64,000 nt of DNA from positions 160,001 through 224,000 of the forward strand of contig CAWFQL010000017.1 of assembly GCA_963817915.1 (NCBI GenBank), read 5' to 3'. Below are positions 1 to 11,724 of this stretch, piece after piece (position 1 is the first letter of the stretch; the number at the start of each line of letters is the position of its first letter). Source of the stretch: an uncultured candidate division Zixibacteria bacterium (lineage in GTDB: Bacteria; Zixibacteria; MSB-5A5; UBA10806). Made by a program: the position numbers and the translations under genes. The notes under the pieces were generated by a model. That model had not been told where the DNA came from. It worked only from the letters and a program-made list of their open reading frames with translations, and ran no database searches.

Positions 1-1
1 A

Positions 2-958
2 TTGCTTAAGAATTTCATTGCGGAAAGATTGTCGTCGGGCAGTTTCAAGTATTCACCGGACGCCATCCAGATCACCGGCGGTTCACAGCAGGGGCTTGAT
101 GTAATTGGCCGAGTCTTTATCGAACCGGGCTCTGTAGTTCTTACCGAAGAGCCGACATATCTTGGCGCACTTCAAGCGTTTTCATTCTATGATGCCAAAT
201 TTGTTTCGGTGAAAACTGACAATGATGGCATGTTGCCTGATGATCTCGAAAAGAAAATCGCCGCTCACGATCCGGCAATTATCTATGTAGTCCCCAATTT
301 CCAGAATCCGTCGGGAATTACCTGGTCGGAATCCAGACGCAAAGCTCTTGTTGATCTGGCAATTAAGTACGATGTTCCCATAGTCGATGACAATCCTTAT
401 GGCGAGCTTCGCTATTCTGGCGAGAATGTCCCGTCGCTCAAGGTTATGGGCGGCGCGCATGTTATTCAACTGGGGACATTTTCGAAAATTATTTCTCCCG
501 GTCTCAGAATTGCTTGGATCGCCGCCGATCCCCAGATTATCTCATTCTGCGAAAGGATGAAACAGGCTTGCGACCTGCATACCGCGACATTCCCGCAATA
601 CGTCATTTACGAATTTGCGAAGGACGGCGCGCTCGACGCCTATATCGAGGTTATCAAAAAAGCTTACGGTATAAGGCGCAATATTATGATTGAAACTTTG
701 CGCAAGTTTTTTGACGATGGCACTACCTGGACCGAACCCGAAGGCGGACTTTTCCTCTGGGTCAAATTGCCATCGGGGATTTCGTCTTCCGAGCTTTTGC
801 CGACGGCTCTCAAAGCCGGTGTCGCTTATGTGCCGGGCAAATATTTCTATAGTGTCACGCCCGATGATAGCACGCTGCGTATCAATTTCTGCAATGCCAC
901 TGAGGGAAATATCGTCGAAGGCATTAGACGGCTGGCCAGTGTCGTGAAAAAAGCTTAA
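2..958 (+). CDS. PLP-dependent aminotransferase, class I/II (LysN/Aro8-like), 5' truncated by window
   Basis: GSQQGLD, PNFQNPSG, DDNPYGEL and GTFSKIISPGLR (PLP Lys) motifs. Confidence 0.9.
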   Translation: MLKNFIAERLSSGSFKYSPDAIQITGGSQQGLDVIGRVFIEPGSVVLTEEPTYLGALQAFSFYDAKFVSVKTDNDGMLPDDLEKKIAAHDPAIIYVVPNFQNPSGITWSESRRKALVDLAIKYDVPIVDDNPYGELRYSGENVPSLKVMGGAHVIQLGTFSKIISPGLRIAWIAADPQIISFCERMKQACDLHTATFPQYVIYEFAKDGALDAYIEVIKKAYGIRRNIMIETLRKFFDDGTTWTEPEGGLFLWVKLPSGISSSELLPTALKAGVAYVPGKYFYSVTPDDSTLRINFCNATEGNIVEGIRRLASVVKKA

Positions 959-977
959 TCAAACATAGGCTCAATTA

Positions 978-1820
978 GTGGAAATACCATTCATAAAAAT
1001 TGAAGGACTTGGCAATGACTATGTCTATGTCCTCAAAAAATCGGTGTCGAAATTAAAAACCAGTTTGCCATTATTGGCAAAGTCTATGTCAGATAGGCAT
1101 AGGGGCGCTGGCTCGGATGGCATGATTGTAATCGATCCCTCAGATAAGAATACCGCTGCCATTACTATTTTCAATAGCGATGGCAGCGAAGCTGAATTCT
1201 GCGGCAACGGCTTACGCGGCGCGGTGCTTTTTTTGAATTGGATTCTTGGCTCTAAAAAGAAAAAATATTCAATCTCGACTAAATGGGACAGTTACCAGGC
1301 CGAAATAATAAGTTCCAAGGATGCTGCCGCCATTGTCATGGCCCGATTAAATTCGCCATCATTTTCTCCGGAAGATGTAGGCCTGAATAAAAATCTTAAG
1401 AATGGTTTGGGTCTGAAAATAAAAGTATCTTCCAAAACCTATACTCTATATTGCCTCGCGGTTTCCAATCCGCATGCAGTGATTTTTGTTGACAATTTTA
1501 ATTTCGACTGGCAAAATATCGGCAGAGAGATCGAGAAAAATTCATTATTCAAGAATAGAATTAATGTCATGTTCACGCATATAGATTCACCCAAAAGTAT
1601 AACCGTAATGCCTTGGGAGCGGGGCTCCGGAGCAACCTCAGCTTGCGGGTCGGGCGCGGCCGCCGCTACAGTAATTTCTGGTCTGCTTGGCTATACTAAG
1701 GGTCAGGTTTCTGTTCGAATGCCGGGTGGCAGTCTCAAGACTCAATGGGATATCGAAAACAATACCATCATGCAAGAAGGACCTTCCAAAATAGCTTATT
1801 CAGGATTGTTTTATATTTGA
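978..1820 (+). CDS. dapF: Diaminopimelate epimerase
   Basis: GLGNDY, FCGNG, NPHAV and ERGSGATSACGSG with both catalytic Cys. Confidence 0.92.
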   Translation: MEIPFIKIEGLGNDYVYVLKKSVSKLKTSLPLLAKSMSDRHRGAGSDGMIVIDPSDKNTAAITIFNSDGSEAEFCGNGLRGAVLFLNWILGSKKKKYSISTKWDSYQAEIISSKDAAAIVMARLNSPSFSPEDVGLNKNLKNGLGLKIKVSSKTYTLYCLAVSNPHAVIFVDNFNFDWQNIGREIEKNSLFKNRINVMFTHIDSPKSITVMPWERGSGATSACGSGAAAATVISGLLGYTKGQVSVRMPGGSLKTQWDIENNTIMQEGPSKIAYSGLFYI

Positions 1821-3529
1821 AGCAGTTTAAAATCCATATAGCAGAAATGATTTCGGCATCCGCTGAAATCGATAAAAATCAGGTCATTTCGGCAATCGTA
1901 AAACCTCCCGATGAATCTATGGGCGATCTGGCGTTACCCTGTTTTATTTTCTCAAAAGCGTTGAGAAAATCACCCAATATTATCGCGCAAGATTTTGCCC
2001 AAAAATTATCTGCCGATAATGTGATTCAGAAAATCGAAGCTCAAGGGCCATATTTGAATTTCTTCCTGAATAGGACGAATGCAATCAATTCAATTATATC
2101 TTCAATCCGAAAAGAAGGCGACCATTTCGGGAGTAGCGATATCGGCAAGGACAAGACCATAGTCATCGATTATTCGTCGCCCAATATCGCCAAGCCATTC
2201 GGTATCGGGCATCTTCGTTCGACAGTAATCGGAGCGGCCCTCAAAAGGATTTACGAATTTCAAGGGTACAATGTTGTAGGCGTCAATCACCTGGGCGACT
2301 GGGGCACACAATTCGGCAAACTCATTGCGGCGTTCAGGCTCTGGGGTGATGAAACGAAACTAAATTCAGATCCTATCGGGCATCTCTTCGATCTCTATGT
2401 AAAAATTCATCAGGAAGAAGAAAAGGACCCTAGCCTAACATCGAAGGCACGTGAGGAATTCAAACGGCTCGAACAAGGCCAAAGCGATAATATTAAATTG
2501 TGGAATCATTTTTCTGAGCTGAGCCGAAAGGAATTCGACAAAATATATAAAATTCTCGGTGTCGAATTCGAAAGCTACGCTGGGGAATCATTTTACAATG
2601 ACCTAATTCCCAAGACACAATCTATGCTGGAAAAGTCCGGCCTTCTTTCGGAAAGCAGGGAGGCTACGATTGTCGATCTGGAAAAATTCGGCATGACCCC
2701 GATGCTTATTAAAAAAAGCGATGACACAACTCTTTACGCCACTCGCGATCTGGCCGCGGCCTTTTATCGCAGGGAGCATTATAATTTCTACAAAATGCTG
2801 TATGTAGTTAATGTTGCCCAGTCGCTTCATTTCAAACAATTATTTAAGGTGATTGAGCTTTTGGGCAATGATTGGGCCAAAGACTGCTATCATGTCAGCT
2901 TCGGATGGGTGAAATTGGGCGATGAGATGATGTCCACCCGCAAAGGGAATACGGTATTTCTCGAAGATGTCATTAATAAGTCAGTCGAATTGGCGAAAAA
3001 AATTATCAAGGAAAATAGTCCCGATCATCCTAACCCTGACGAGACCGCCTTTGCGGTCGGAGTCGGCGCAGTTGTCTTTACAGATCTGGCATTCAAGCGA
3101 GACACCGATATATCATTCGATTGGGATCGTATGCTTGATTTTAGTGGCAATACGGGTCCGAATCTCCAGTATGTGCATGCCAGGATTTGCAGTGTAATTA
3201 GAAAATACGGCAAGCCTTTGCCCGAGGATTTCGATGCCAGCCAATTGACATTGCCCGAGGAATTCGCGATCGCTAAGAAGCTGGCGGAATATCCCGATAT
3301 TATAGAAAAGGCCGGCGACGATTTCGAACCGTTCATAATTTCTTCTTTTTTACTTGAACTTTGCGGCCTGTTTAATACATATTACCAGAGATATAGGTCT
3401 GCCGAGGATAGAATCCTGTCTTCGAACGAATATAAGGCAAACGCCAGGTTAATTTTAATTGATTGCGTTAGATTAGTAGTAAGCTCAGGGCTTTATATCC
3501 TGGGTCTCAAGGCTCCGAAAATGATGTAA
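1817..3529 (+). CDS. argS: Arginine--tRNA ligase
   Basis: DYSSPNIAKPFGIGHLRS, HLGDWGTQFG, MSTRKG, QYVHAR; likely start is TTG 1817 overlapping the dapF stop (ORF track extends to 1745). Confidence 0.95.
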   Translation: MKQFKIHIAEMISASAEIDKNQVISAIVKPPDESMGDLALPCFIFSKALRKSPNIIAQDFAQKLSADNVIQKIEAQGPYLNFFLNRTNAINSIISSIRKEGDHFGSSDIGKDKTIVIDYSSPNIAKPFGIGHLRSTVIGAALKRIYEFQGYNVVGVNHLGDWGTQFGKLIAAFRLWGDETKLNSDPIGHLFDLYVKIHQEEEKDPSLTSKAREEFKRLEQGQSDNIKLWNHFSELSRKEFDKIYKILGVEFESYAGESFYNDLIPKTQSMLEKSGLLSESREATIVDLEKFGMTPMLIKKSDDTTLYATRDLAAAFYRREHYNFYKMLYVVNVAQSLHFKQLFKVIELLGNDWAKDCYHVSFGWVKLGDEMMSTRKGNTVFLEDVINKSVELAKKIIKENSPDHPNPDETAFAVGVGAVVFTDLAFKRDTDISFDWDRMLDFSGNTGPNLQYVHARICSVIRKYGKPLPEDFDASQLTLPEEFAIAKKLAEYPDIIEKAGDDFEPFIISSFLLELCGLFNTYYQRYRSAEDRILSSNEYKANARLILIDCVRLVVSSGLYILGLKAPKMM

Positions 3530-3591
3530 AAATTTGTAAATAGAATAATCCAGTAATAATCAACATATAGCAATGGGATAGCGATTTTGAA

Positions 3592-4965
3592 ATGGACAAG
3601 ATAATTAATTCTGCAACCAATCTGAGGGCGACTTTGAGTCTGCCTGGGGATCACGCTATTTCTACCAGGCTTGCATTGCTGGCGCCCTTATGTAATGGTC
3701 CGGTAGAAATCAAAAATTACGCCACCAGTCTCGAAAGCCAATCGGCGCTAAAATGTTTAAGTCAACTCGGAGTTGAGGTCGAATCAAATGGCGACTCAAC
3801 CATTATTCATGGTAAGGGTCTGGAAGGGATGATCGCGCCATCAGAGCCAATCGATGTCGGTTATTCGGGGCCAGCAGCCAGAATGATATGCGGACTTTTG
3901 GCGGCCGGCGATTTCGAAGCCGATATAATCTGCAACGAAATTATCTCGATGCTTCCCATGAGGAGAATTATCGAGCCGCTTGAAAAAATGGGCGCCGAAA
4001 TAAAATCCAACAATTTCAGATTTCCATTGCATATCAAGGGCGGGAGGCTTAAGGGAATCAGATACCCTGTGCCTGTGACATCATCACATGTCAAAGGCGC
4101 GATGCTCCTTGCAGGCCTTTCTGCGGAAGGTGACACTGAAATTATTGAACGGCTTCCGAGCCGCGATCATTTTGAACGAATGATGGCATTTTTCGGAATA
4201 AAGATTCGCAAAAGCCACTACGAGCAAAAGCCGGTCAATGAAGACCCTCTCGCGAAACGATTCAAAAAGGCCCAGGGAATTGTCTCTGTTGATATTAAGG
4301 GTGATATGCTATCATTAAGAGGCGGCCAAAAATTGGCGCCGAAACCGGTTGTTATTCCTGGAGATTTATCTATCGCCGCCAATTTCCTGATCGCCGGACT
4401 GCTTGTCAAAAATTCAGTAGTTACCGTCGAAAATGTCAGCCTGAATCCTACGCGCTTGGGATTTGTCGAAGTCTTGAAAAAAATGAAAGCCCCCATCACG
4501 GTCAGGCAGAATGGCGATTATGGGTTCGAGCCTGTCGGTTCAATTGAAATTAAATCTGCCCAAATCAAAGGCCGCCGCATGGTCGGCGAATTAATCCCGA
4601 CAATCATAGATGAGCTTCCCATAATGTCAATAGTCGCGGCCGCCGCGCAGGGCACTTCCGTCATCCGCGACGCTTATGAATTGCGCAACCAGAAAACCGA
4701 CCGTATCAAGGTCATTGCGGCCAATCTCCGTCGAATGGGAGTCAAGGTAGGGGAACTCGACGATGGCATGGCGATCGATGGCGGCGGAGAACTCGATGGC
4801 GCTGAAATTGAAACATTCGGCGACCATAGAATCGCCATGGCATTCGCGGTTGCCGGTTTGATAGCTCATGGTCAGACTGTCATTAAGGATGCTGAATGCG
4901 TTGAATTGTCGCATCCCGGATTCTGGGATGATTTCGATCGCATGGTCGGCGCAACCCGCAATTAA
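3592..4965 (+). CDS. aroA: EPSP synthase (AroA)-family protein with substituted catalytic residues
   Basis: Class II AroA layout (PGD..S.R, SRDH.ER, PGD.S.A, IDELP, DHRIAM), but several invariant residues are changed. Confidence 0.75.
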   Translation: MDKIINSATNLRATLSLPGDHAISTRLALLAPLCNGPVEIKNYATSLESQSALKCLSQLGVEVESNGDSTIIHGKGLEGMIAPSEPIDVGYSGPAARMICGLLAAGDFEADIICNEIISMLPMRRIIEPLEKMGAEIKSNNFRFPLHIKGGRLKGIRYPVPVTSSHVKGAMLLAGLSAEGDTEIIERLPSRDHFERMMAFFGIKIRKSHYEQKPVNEDPLAKRFKKAQGIVSVDIKGDMLSLRGGQKLAPKPVVIPGDLSIAANFLIAGLLVKNSVVTVENVSLNPTRLGFVEVLKKMKAPITVRQNGDYGFEPVGSIEIKSAQIKGRRMVGELIPTIIDELPIMSIVAAAAQGTSVIRDAYELRNQKTDRIKVIAANLRRMGVKVGELDDGMAIDGGGELDGAEIETFGDHRIAMAFAVAGLIAHGQTVIKDAECVELSHPGFWDDFDRMVGATRN

Positions 4966-4966
4966 A

Positions 4967-5429
4967 TTGACTCAAGATTCTATTGTCAAATCCTCTGTTT
5001 TTTCCAGAATAATCATTTCTGCGAAATCGGGTATTGGAAAAGGTATTTACGCGTTCCTGCAATTGTGCGTGGTAATGATACCTGTTTATATTGCAGTCGC
5101 CTTACTCAAACTAACCCCGATAATGGATATAATAAGCAACGCCTTTGCGCCATTCATGAAATATTTCGGCCTGCCGGGCGCCTCGGCCCTGGCGGTAGTC
5201 ACTGGTAATTTCGTAAATATCTACGCGGCCCTTGGCAATAATTGCTGGTTTGGGGTTAGATGTCAGACAGATCACGATATTGGCCATTATGCTCGGTATA
5301 TCTCATTCGCAAATCATGGAAAGCGCCGTGATAGGGAAGATGAAAGCCAGAATGTATTTGATTACAACTCTGCGCTTGGTAATTTCATTAATTGTATCAT
5401 TTATTCTAAATTTAACCCTACCGGCATAA
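4967..5429 (+). CDS. Nucleoside-recognition (Gate/SpmA-like) membrane protein, split by +1 frameshift near 5234
   Basis: Hydrophobic ORF with APFMKYFGLPG; joins the 5232..5429 ORF (SHSQIMES) if one G is removed from cttggca. Confidence 0.7.
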
Positions 5430-5432
5430 AAC

Positions 5433-5891
5433 ATGGAATTTATCACAACGACATCAATTGGTCTGGGAAAACTGCTTTTTCTCGTTTTTGCGATTGTAGT
5501 ACCATTGATGATAGTTCTCGAGATTTTCCGCGAATTCAATATTCTCGATCGCTTTACCAATTTCCTTCTACCGGTCGCCAGATTAATAGGTTTCCAAAAA
5601 GAATCGATTTATCCCTTGATCGCCGGAATCCTGTTTGGAATCACATATGGCGGCGGTGTCTTAATCGGTGAATCAAGCTCTGGCCGTATCGACGCAAAAC
5701 AAAGTTTTCTCGTGGCATTATTTCTTGGTCTATGCCATGCTATGATTGAGGATACATTGCTATTTGTGGCGCAGGGAGCAAATCCGCTGATTATTGTGCC
5801 ATTCAGATTTATACTGGCATTTTTAGTCGTACTGGTAGCGTCGTGGATTATAGGAAAAGGCGTAAATGGATCGAAAAAAATTAGGGGATAA
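5433..5891 (+). CDS. Nucleoside-recognition (Gate/SpmB-like) membrane protein
   Basis: GILFGITYGGGVLI and LCHAMIEDTLLF motifs; paired with the upstream gene. Confidence 0.7.
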   Translation: MEFITTTSIGLGKLLFLVFAIVVPLMIVLEIFREFNILDRFTNFLLPVARLIGFQKESIYPLIAGILFGITYGGGVLIGESSSGRIDAKQSFLVALFLGLCHAMIEDTLLFVAQGANPLIIVPFRFILAFLVVLVASWIIGKGVNGSKKIRG

Positions 5892-6228
5892 AGGCGAAGA
5901 GATCGCGGCATCGTTTCTACGCGCCAAGGGATTCACGATCAGAGAAGTGAAATGGCGCCAGACCCGCTATGAAATTGATCTGATTGCCTCAAAGGATAAT
6001 TCCATCGTCTTCGTGGAAGTAAAGACGCTTCGCAATACGGCACTTGGTCCTCCGGAATTAAGAGTCACGAAAACCAAGCAAAAAAGAATCGCCATTGCGG
6101 CCGGAGAATATCTATCTTTGATCTGCGAGGAGCCCGATGAAATCCGTTTTGATGTAATCGCAATTATCTGGCAGAAGGATAAATCTCCTATTATAAATCA
6201 TATAGAATCTGCGTTTATTTTAGATTAA
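5866..6228 (+). CDS. yraN: YraN/UPF0102 family protein
   Basis: LGDKGEEIA, EIDLIA, FVEVKT, RFDVIAI, HIESAF. Confidence 0.9.
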   Translation: MDRKKLGDKGEEIAASFLRAKGFTIREVKWRQTRYEIDLIASKDNSIVFVEVKTLRNTALGPPELRVTKTKQKRIAIAAGEYLSLICEEPDEIRFDVIAIIWQKDKSPIINHIESAFILD

Positions 6229-6576
6229 TTTGGAATTTTGTTCGTAACAAGCCTGAGTGAATCTAACCTGTCTGCTATCTTAGCCCACAATCCGGCCTTA
6301 GTCGCCAGGTCGTTGGAATATTTTTGTAAATACCCTTTTATCCAGGTAGAGTCAGTGCCATACATCTTATAAGATTTCTGAAAATTTTATTCGAAGCGAA
6401 TCGCTCCCCTCCGGAAACTGCTCTTTCGCGATTGCCAGATCCGTATAAGCGCAAATGAATTTATTCTTTTCGATTTCAGCCGAATTTAAAATCCGGGATC
6501 TGACGATTATTGTCGCCAGAATCCCGGATAAAATTAAAACAGCGATGATGATTAAATTTCTTAAGGGCTTACTCAT
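6225..6576 (-). CDS. Hypothetical membrane-anchored protein, split by +1 frameshift near 6368
   Basis: N-terminal TM helix; removing one base extends the ORF as YKMYGTDSTWIKGY...NKIPN* to 6225. Confidence 0.6.
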
Positions 6577-6582
6577 TACAGT

Positions 6583-8409
6583 TTAAGATGTCCTGTAATC
6601 CTCGATTTTCGCCTTATCCTTCAATGACGTTACCCATTTACTCCAGAGATCTTTTCGCTTGGTATTAATCATTTCCAGCCTCAACGAATCTGTCTTGGGT
6701 GACATAGTGCTGAAATCAGGCAATTGATGGTCTACCAATTTTATAATGTATGCTCCGCTACGGGATTTTACCATTTTGGACACAGGATTTGCAGGAGTCA
6801 GGCTAAACGATGCTCCGATAAAGTCAGGATCATTGCCGATTTTAGGTATGAACATTGACCGTGTGATAAAATCAGTTTCTTGAACCGGCTTGCCCGATTC
6901 AGCGGCAATTTGCTCAAAAGCTTTTCCCGATGAGATTTCGTCGGCTAATTGCTGGCCGCGTTGCTGTGCCAATTCGGCTCGTTTATCCCGTAGGATCATT
7001 CTTTGAATTCGATCCTTGGCCTCTTCCAATGGTGTGTAACCCGCCGGTAGCTTCTTAACCAACTGGGCGACCAAAAATGCGCTTCTCGATGGGATTACTT
7101 CTGATATGTCGCCGTCTTTGGCGTTGAATGCGAAATCGCTGAGGGATTGATTCGGCCCTAAATTGGGAATCGCGGCGCCCTTTGCAAACGGTTTTGTCTC
7201 ATTTACAGTAAGACCCTGTTCCTCGGCTATAGTCTTTAATCCCGATTTCATGGCGTCGACCTTAAGATTATCGGCTTTCTGCTCAAGACGAGATAATGTC
7301 TCGGTTGATGGCTCAACCTTAATTAAAATATGGCTTGCCTGAAATTCGGGTTTGTTATCCTTGCTTACACGCTTTCCTGTCAGCTTGATGATATGCCAGC
7401 CAAATGATGTTTTAACAGGTTCTGAAATTTCGCCAATTTTTGTCAGCTTCTTAACCGCCTCAGTAAACTCCGGAACCATCTGTCCCTCACCGAACCAGCC
7501 TAAATCTCCGCCCTTGGCCCCGGAGCCTTTATCCTCCGATTTTTCTTTGGCGATTGTGGCGAAGTCCGCGCCTCCTCTGATTTCTTTGAGGATTTCATCT
7601 ATAGTTATTTTGGCATCGGCATAGTCTTCGTCGCTTGGCAGTCTCTGAAATTGAACGTAGCTAATTACAGCTCTTTCGGGGACCTTATACTGCTCTAAAT
7701 CCTTATCATATCGGGCCTTGATTTCGGAATCGGGAACCGTAGTTATTGTGGAATCGTAATCGCCGGCCGGAATAGTAATATATTTGACTTTGATCTTGTC
7801 GTTTTTCTCTGCAAAATCATTCTTTACATCTTCGGGAGTCACACGTACCATCGAAAGCACGAATTCTTGCAGGCGCGAGATTAGCAACTGCTGTCTGATC
7901 TGATCCTCGAAATCCTTCAATATATTTATCATCTGCGGATCGCCGGACATCGCCATTTGCTGCAGCCAGCCCTGATATTTTGACATATCAAATTTGCCTT
8001 CGGTCTGAAAATTTTTGGACTCCGTGATTTCTTTTGGCGGGGACTGGCGCATGAATTGGGCTACTTCAGCATCGGTAACAGCAATGCCGTGCTTGGCGGC
8101 TTCCTGCTCGATAAGAGTAATGGTTGTGATAGAATTCCAGACTTCATTAGAAACCCTTTGCAGGTCATCTTCGCTCGGCTCTTGGCCATCCTTGTAGAGA
8201 GCCTGGGTTCTCGCGCTTAGGGCGTTTGAAAACTTTGTATATGGGATGTTTTCACCATTTATTGTGCCCACCACTCCCGGAGGGGCGCCTGCGCCTCTAT
8301 TCTTGCTGGCAAAAACGCTCATCAAACCGCCGTAAACCATAAAACCCACGAATGCCACCAAGACTACAATGAATATTACTTTGGCGGAATTCCGCATTGT
8401 CTGCATCAT
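6583..8409 (-). CDS. SurA/PpiD-type parvulin peptidyl-prolyl isomerase
   Basis: N-terminal TM anchor, SurA-like N domain, SEDKGSGAKGGDLGWF...MVPEF...FGWHIIK, ASHILIK. Confidence 0.9.
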   Translation of the reverse strand: MMQTMRNSAKVIFIVVLVAFVGFMVYGGLMSVFASKNRGAGAPPGVVGTINGENIPYTKFSNALSARTQALYKDGQEPSEDDLQRVSNEVWNSITTITLIEQEAAKHGIAVTDAEVAQFMRQSPPKEITESKNFQTEGKFDMSKYQGWLQQMAMSGDPQMINILKDFEDQIRQQLLISRLQEFVLSMVRVTPEDVKNDFAEKNDKIKVKYITIPAGDYDSTITTVPDSEIKARYDKDLEQYKVPERAVISYVQFQRLPSDEDYADAKITIDEILKEIRGGADFATIAKEKSEDKGSGAKGGDLGWFGEGQMVPEFTEAVKKLTKIGEISEPVKTSFGWHIIKLTGKRVSKDNKPEFQASHILIKVEPSTETLSRLEQKADNLKVDAMKSGLKTIAEEQGLTVNETKPFAKGAAIPNLGPNQSLSDFAFNAKDGDISEVIPSRSAFLVAQLVKKLPAGYTPLEEAKDRIQRMILRDKRAELAQQRGQQLADEISSGKAFEQIAAESGKPVQETDFITRSMFIPKIGNDPDFIGASFSLTPANPVSKMVKSRSGAYIIKLVDHQLPDFSTMSPKTDSLRLEMINTKRKDLWSKWVTSLKDKAKIEDYRTS

Positions 8410-8642
8410 AATTTTATCTCTCCATTTTTATTATTTTCTTCGACACATATCCTCAAAATTTAACCATAATATAAATTATATCTTTCTATCGCAAGCACAA
8501 AAAACTGAGGATTGCGGCCGCATCCATAATATTCAAATGCCTCTAATGTCCATTTTATCAAATTCCGATGATAATCTTCCTGGTTTGGCCATTTGAGAAT
8601 TATTGACTTGTATTCATTCATATACTAAAAAGCTTCAGGAAT

Positions 8643-9324
8643 ATGGCAGCTTTGAAAAAAATAATAATCTTCGGCACCGGCGGCAATTGTGTCGATATCC
8701 TCGATACCATAAACGATATCAATCGTGCTGGAAAATCGAAGAAATACCAGTGCCTGGGCTTTCTCGATGATGATAAGTCCAAATGGGGCAAGATATTTGG
8801 CGGCGCGAAGGTCCTTGGGCCACTGGAATCTGCCCAAAAATATAAGCAGGCGCTTTTCGTAAATGGCATCGGCAGCCCGGCAAATTTTTGGCGCAAGGAA
8901 GATATTATATCCAAGACCGGCATTAAGCTCGATCGATTCACAACAGTAATTCACCCTACTGCGAGCGTATCCAAGATGGCGCATATTGGGTGTCGGCACA
9001 GTGATATTTCAGAATGTCACTATCACATCCAACGCTCATATCGGCAATCACGTCATAATATTGCCAAACTCGGTGATCAGCCATGATGATAATATCGGTG
9101 ATTATACCTGTATTACCGGGGGAGTATCTGTTTCCGGCAATGTCAAAATTGGACTGTCGTGCTACCTGGGCGCGGGATGCTCTGTCATTAACGATGTCAA
9201 TATCGGTGAATATTCGATGATCGGAATGGGTAGCGTTATTCTACATGACGTACCGCCCAATTCGATTATGGTCGGCAATCCCGCAAAATTGCTCAGAAAT
9301 ACAAAATCGGATTATTCCAATTAG
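8643..9324 (+). CDS. NeuD/PglD-family sugar acetyltransferase (hexapeptide repeats), split by +1 frameshift near 8990
   Basis: IFGTGG, GFLDDD, VIHPTA, SHDDNIG, VGNPAK; extra G in attgggtgt. Confidence 0.85.
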
Positions 9325-9338
9325 CTAAAAAACGCGTA

Positions 9339-11724
9339 TTATTCTTTTTTCTTCCAAATCCCTGTATACTTATAAATAACCCCGCCAATTACACCGCAGA
9401 AAAATATCAACCATGATAATTCGGTGACGGTTTTGCTGATATTATAATAGGGATTCTCGATTCTTAATTCCAGCTCATGATCGCCTGCGGGCAGTTCAAC
9501 TGCCATAAATGTGTAATCGCAGCGATAAATTGGCACCTCAGTTTTGCCCTCGAACGCTTTCCAATATGGGTACCAGTTATCCTGCAATGCCAAAAAACCC
9601 GGTGCCGATAGTCTGGCCTTAACTTTTATTCTGTCGGGGACTGTATTTTCCATATAAGCTGTGTCCCCCGGTATAGCTGCTGGCTTTACGATATTGGATT
9701 TCGGCTGTCTATCGATTACGATCTTATTTACAAAGTCAAATTTGGGATCGAAGACTGCTGATAACATCTGGTCTGGATCAGAAACTACCTGATAATCATA
9801 AATAATCCGCGCCCTATCCAATGCCGCCTTATTGCGATAAATCCTCACATCACCCGCAATATTGGCTAATTCGAATGATTGCACGCCATCCATTTGCTTT
9901 GTTAAGCGAGGGTCTTTTCCCAATAGATAGCGGGTATTGGTTAACGCTAATCCTGCGGGCTTGGTAAATAAATTAGTCAGGTTATTGCCGCCGATAAAAT
10001 CATTGTACCAGCGAAGCTGATTGCCATGATATCCGGCCGCCTCTTCCAATCCGAACTGCGCCAATTTATCATCGCTTGAGAGTGTTTGTGGAAATGGGAA
10101 ACACCTGAATGAACCGGGCTGATTTTTCAGGAATTCCGCCGCAGCCGGTTTGGCGAAATAGGGAGTGGGATCGACCGGTCTGATAAAGCGCATATCGTTG
10201 ATAAGCCAGTTGTCGATTACTATCATTATCAAAAATACTATTGCCATCGTGCTCACGGTGGTCTTTTTCCTCATAATCGACCAGAATATCACCAGGGTCG
10301 CCCCGATAATAAGCGCGCCTATAAAAAAGCCTACTGTAATATTAGGGAGATTAGTTTTAAGGATATCCAATTGTCCAATCTCAATCTTGGGGAAAAATAT
10401 CGACGTATAGATTCCCATGAATTTCAAACCGCCAATACTTGTCAATAGCCCCCCGAGCACGTATGCGCCGGCGGCGATAACCAGGCCCCAGAAGATTCTC
10501 ATAGTGGCCACGGTCTTCTTTATTTTGCTGATCTCGTCAACCGCCCTTGCCGCAAGAAATGCTACCGAAAAACAGAATAAGAACATTATAGTGGACGGCG
10601 CCCTGAATTTATCCACAAACGGCACGACATAATAAATGATCTTGAAGATGAAACCCCCGTCGCCGAGGGCGTAAAGCAACGCGAATATCGCTGTCCCCAG
10701 AAAAAAATAGGAATAACGATCGCGATAAATAAAAAGCCCGATTAATGCCAGCAGCAAAGCGGTAAATCCGGCGTATTCGCTATTTATCTTAAAATAGTTT
10801 TTGCCCCAATATGTCTGCTCAGAAGTCAATGGCGGATGGTTTTGCATACTGCTGTATCCGGAAAAACCCGGTACCAACTGCGTAAAAGCCTCTTCGGCAT
10901 GCAATGACCATGACGCCGCATATTCGTATCCTTTACCACCTTCGGCTCGCGGAGAATATTTCCTGACATAATCCTGTGTGGGTATAATCTGCACCGAAGA
11001 TAAGGCCAAGCCGAATATTAAAGCGGCGATAAAACCGATAAAAGGCATTGCAATTAATTTTATCTGTTTTTCCTTGATATAAATAGAAATTACACGAAGC
11101 AGAAAATATGCCCCTGTCAGCCACATGGCGAAATAGGCAAATTGCGGATGATTGGCCAAGACCAGACAGTCCGAATGTTATCGAAAATGGCCACCACCAG
11201 AATAGCTTACGCCTGTCGAATGCGATTTCCATCGTGAACAGAAGCAATGGCAACAGACTGGTTACATACATTCTGCCGTCGTGGCCGGCATACACCAATG
11301 ATACCAGGAATCCCGAAAGCATATAAGCTGTCGCGCCGACTACCGAAGCCCATTTCGAGAGCTTCATTTTCCGGAGATACAAATTCATGAAAACGCCAGC
11401 CAGGAATACGGTAATGACCAATTTATATCCCAATGCTTTTGTAATAGGCATTATGAATTGAAGGGCGGCCAATGGATAAAATGAATCCCCGTGCATGGCA
11501 TCCACAAATGGCAATCCGCCAAAAATATATGGGTTCCAGAGCGGTATGCGGTGAAATGTTTTTACAAAATCGGCATAAAAGGAACGAAACATGATACCGG
11601 CGCCTATCGTATCGGAGCCGAAAAGCATCTTATCCGAAAATATGAAGCCTGAAAATATCACAACGGTCAGCAGGAAAAAATATAGGTATGGCCATTGTTC
11701 CTTGATTAGTTTTTTAAAATCCAT
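9339..11724 (-). CDS. YfhO-family (GT-C-like) multi-pass membrane protein, split by +1 frameshift near 11167
   Basis: PLWNPYIFGGLPF, HPQFAY, FRAPS, C-terminal NWYPYWKA...AVELPAGDH. Confidence 0.8.
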
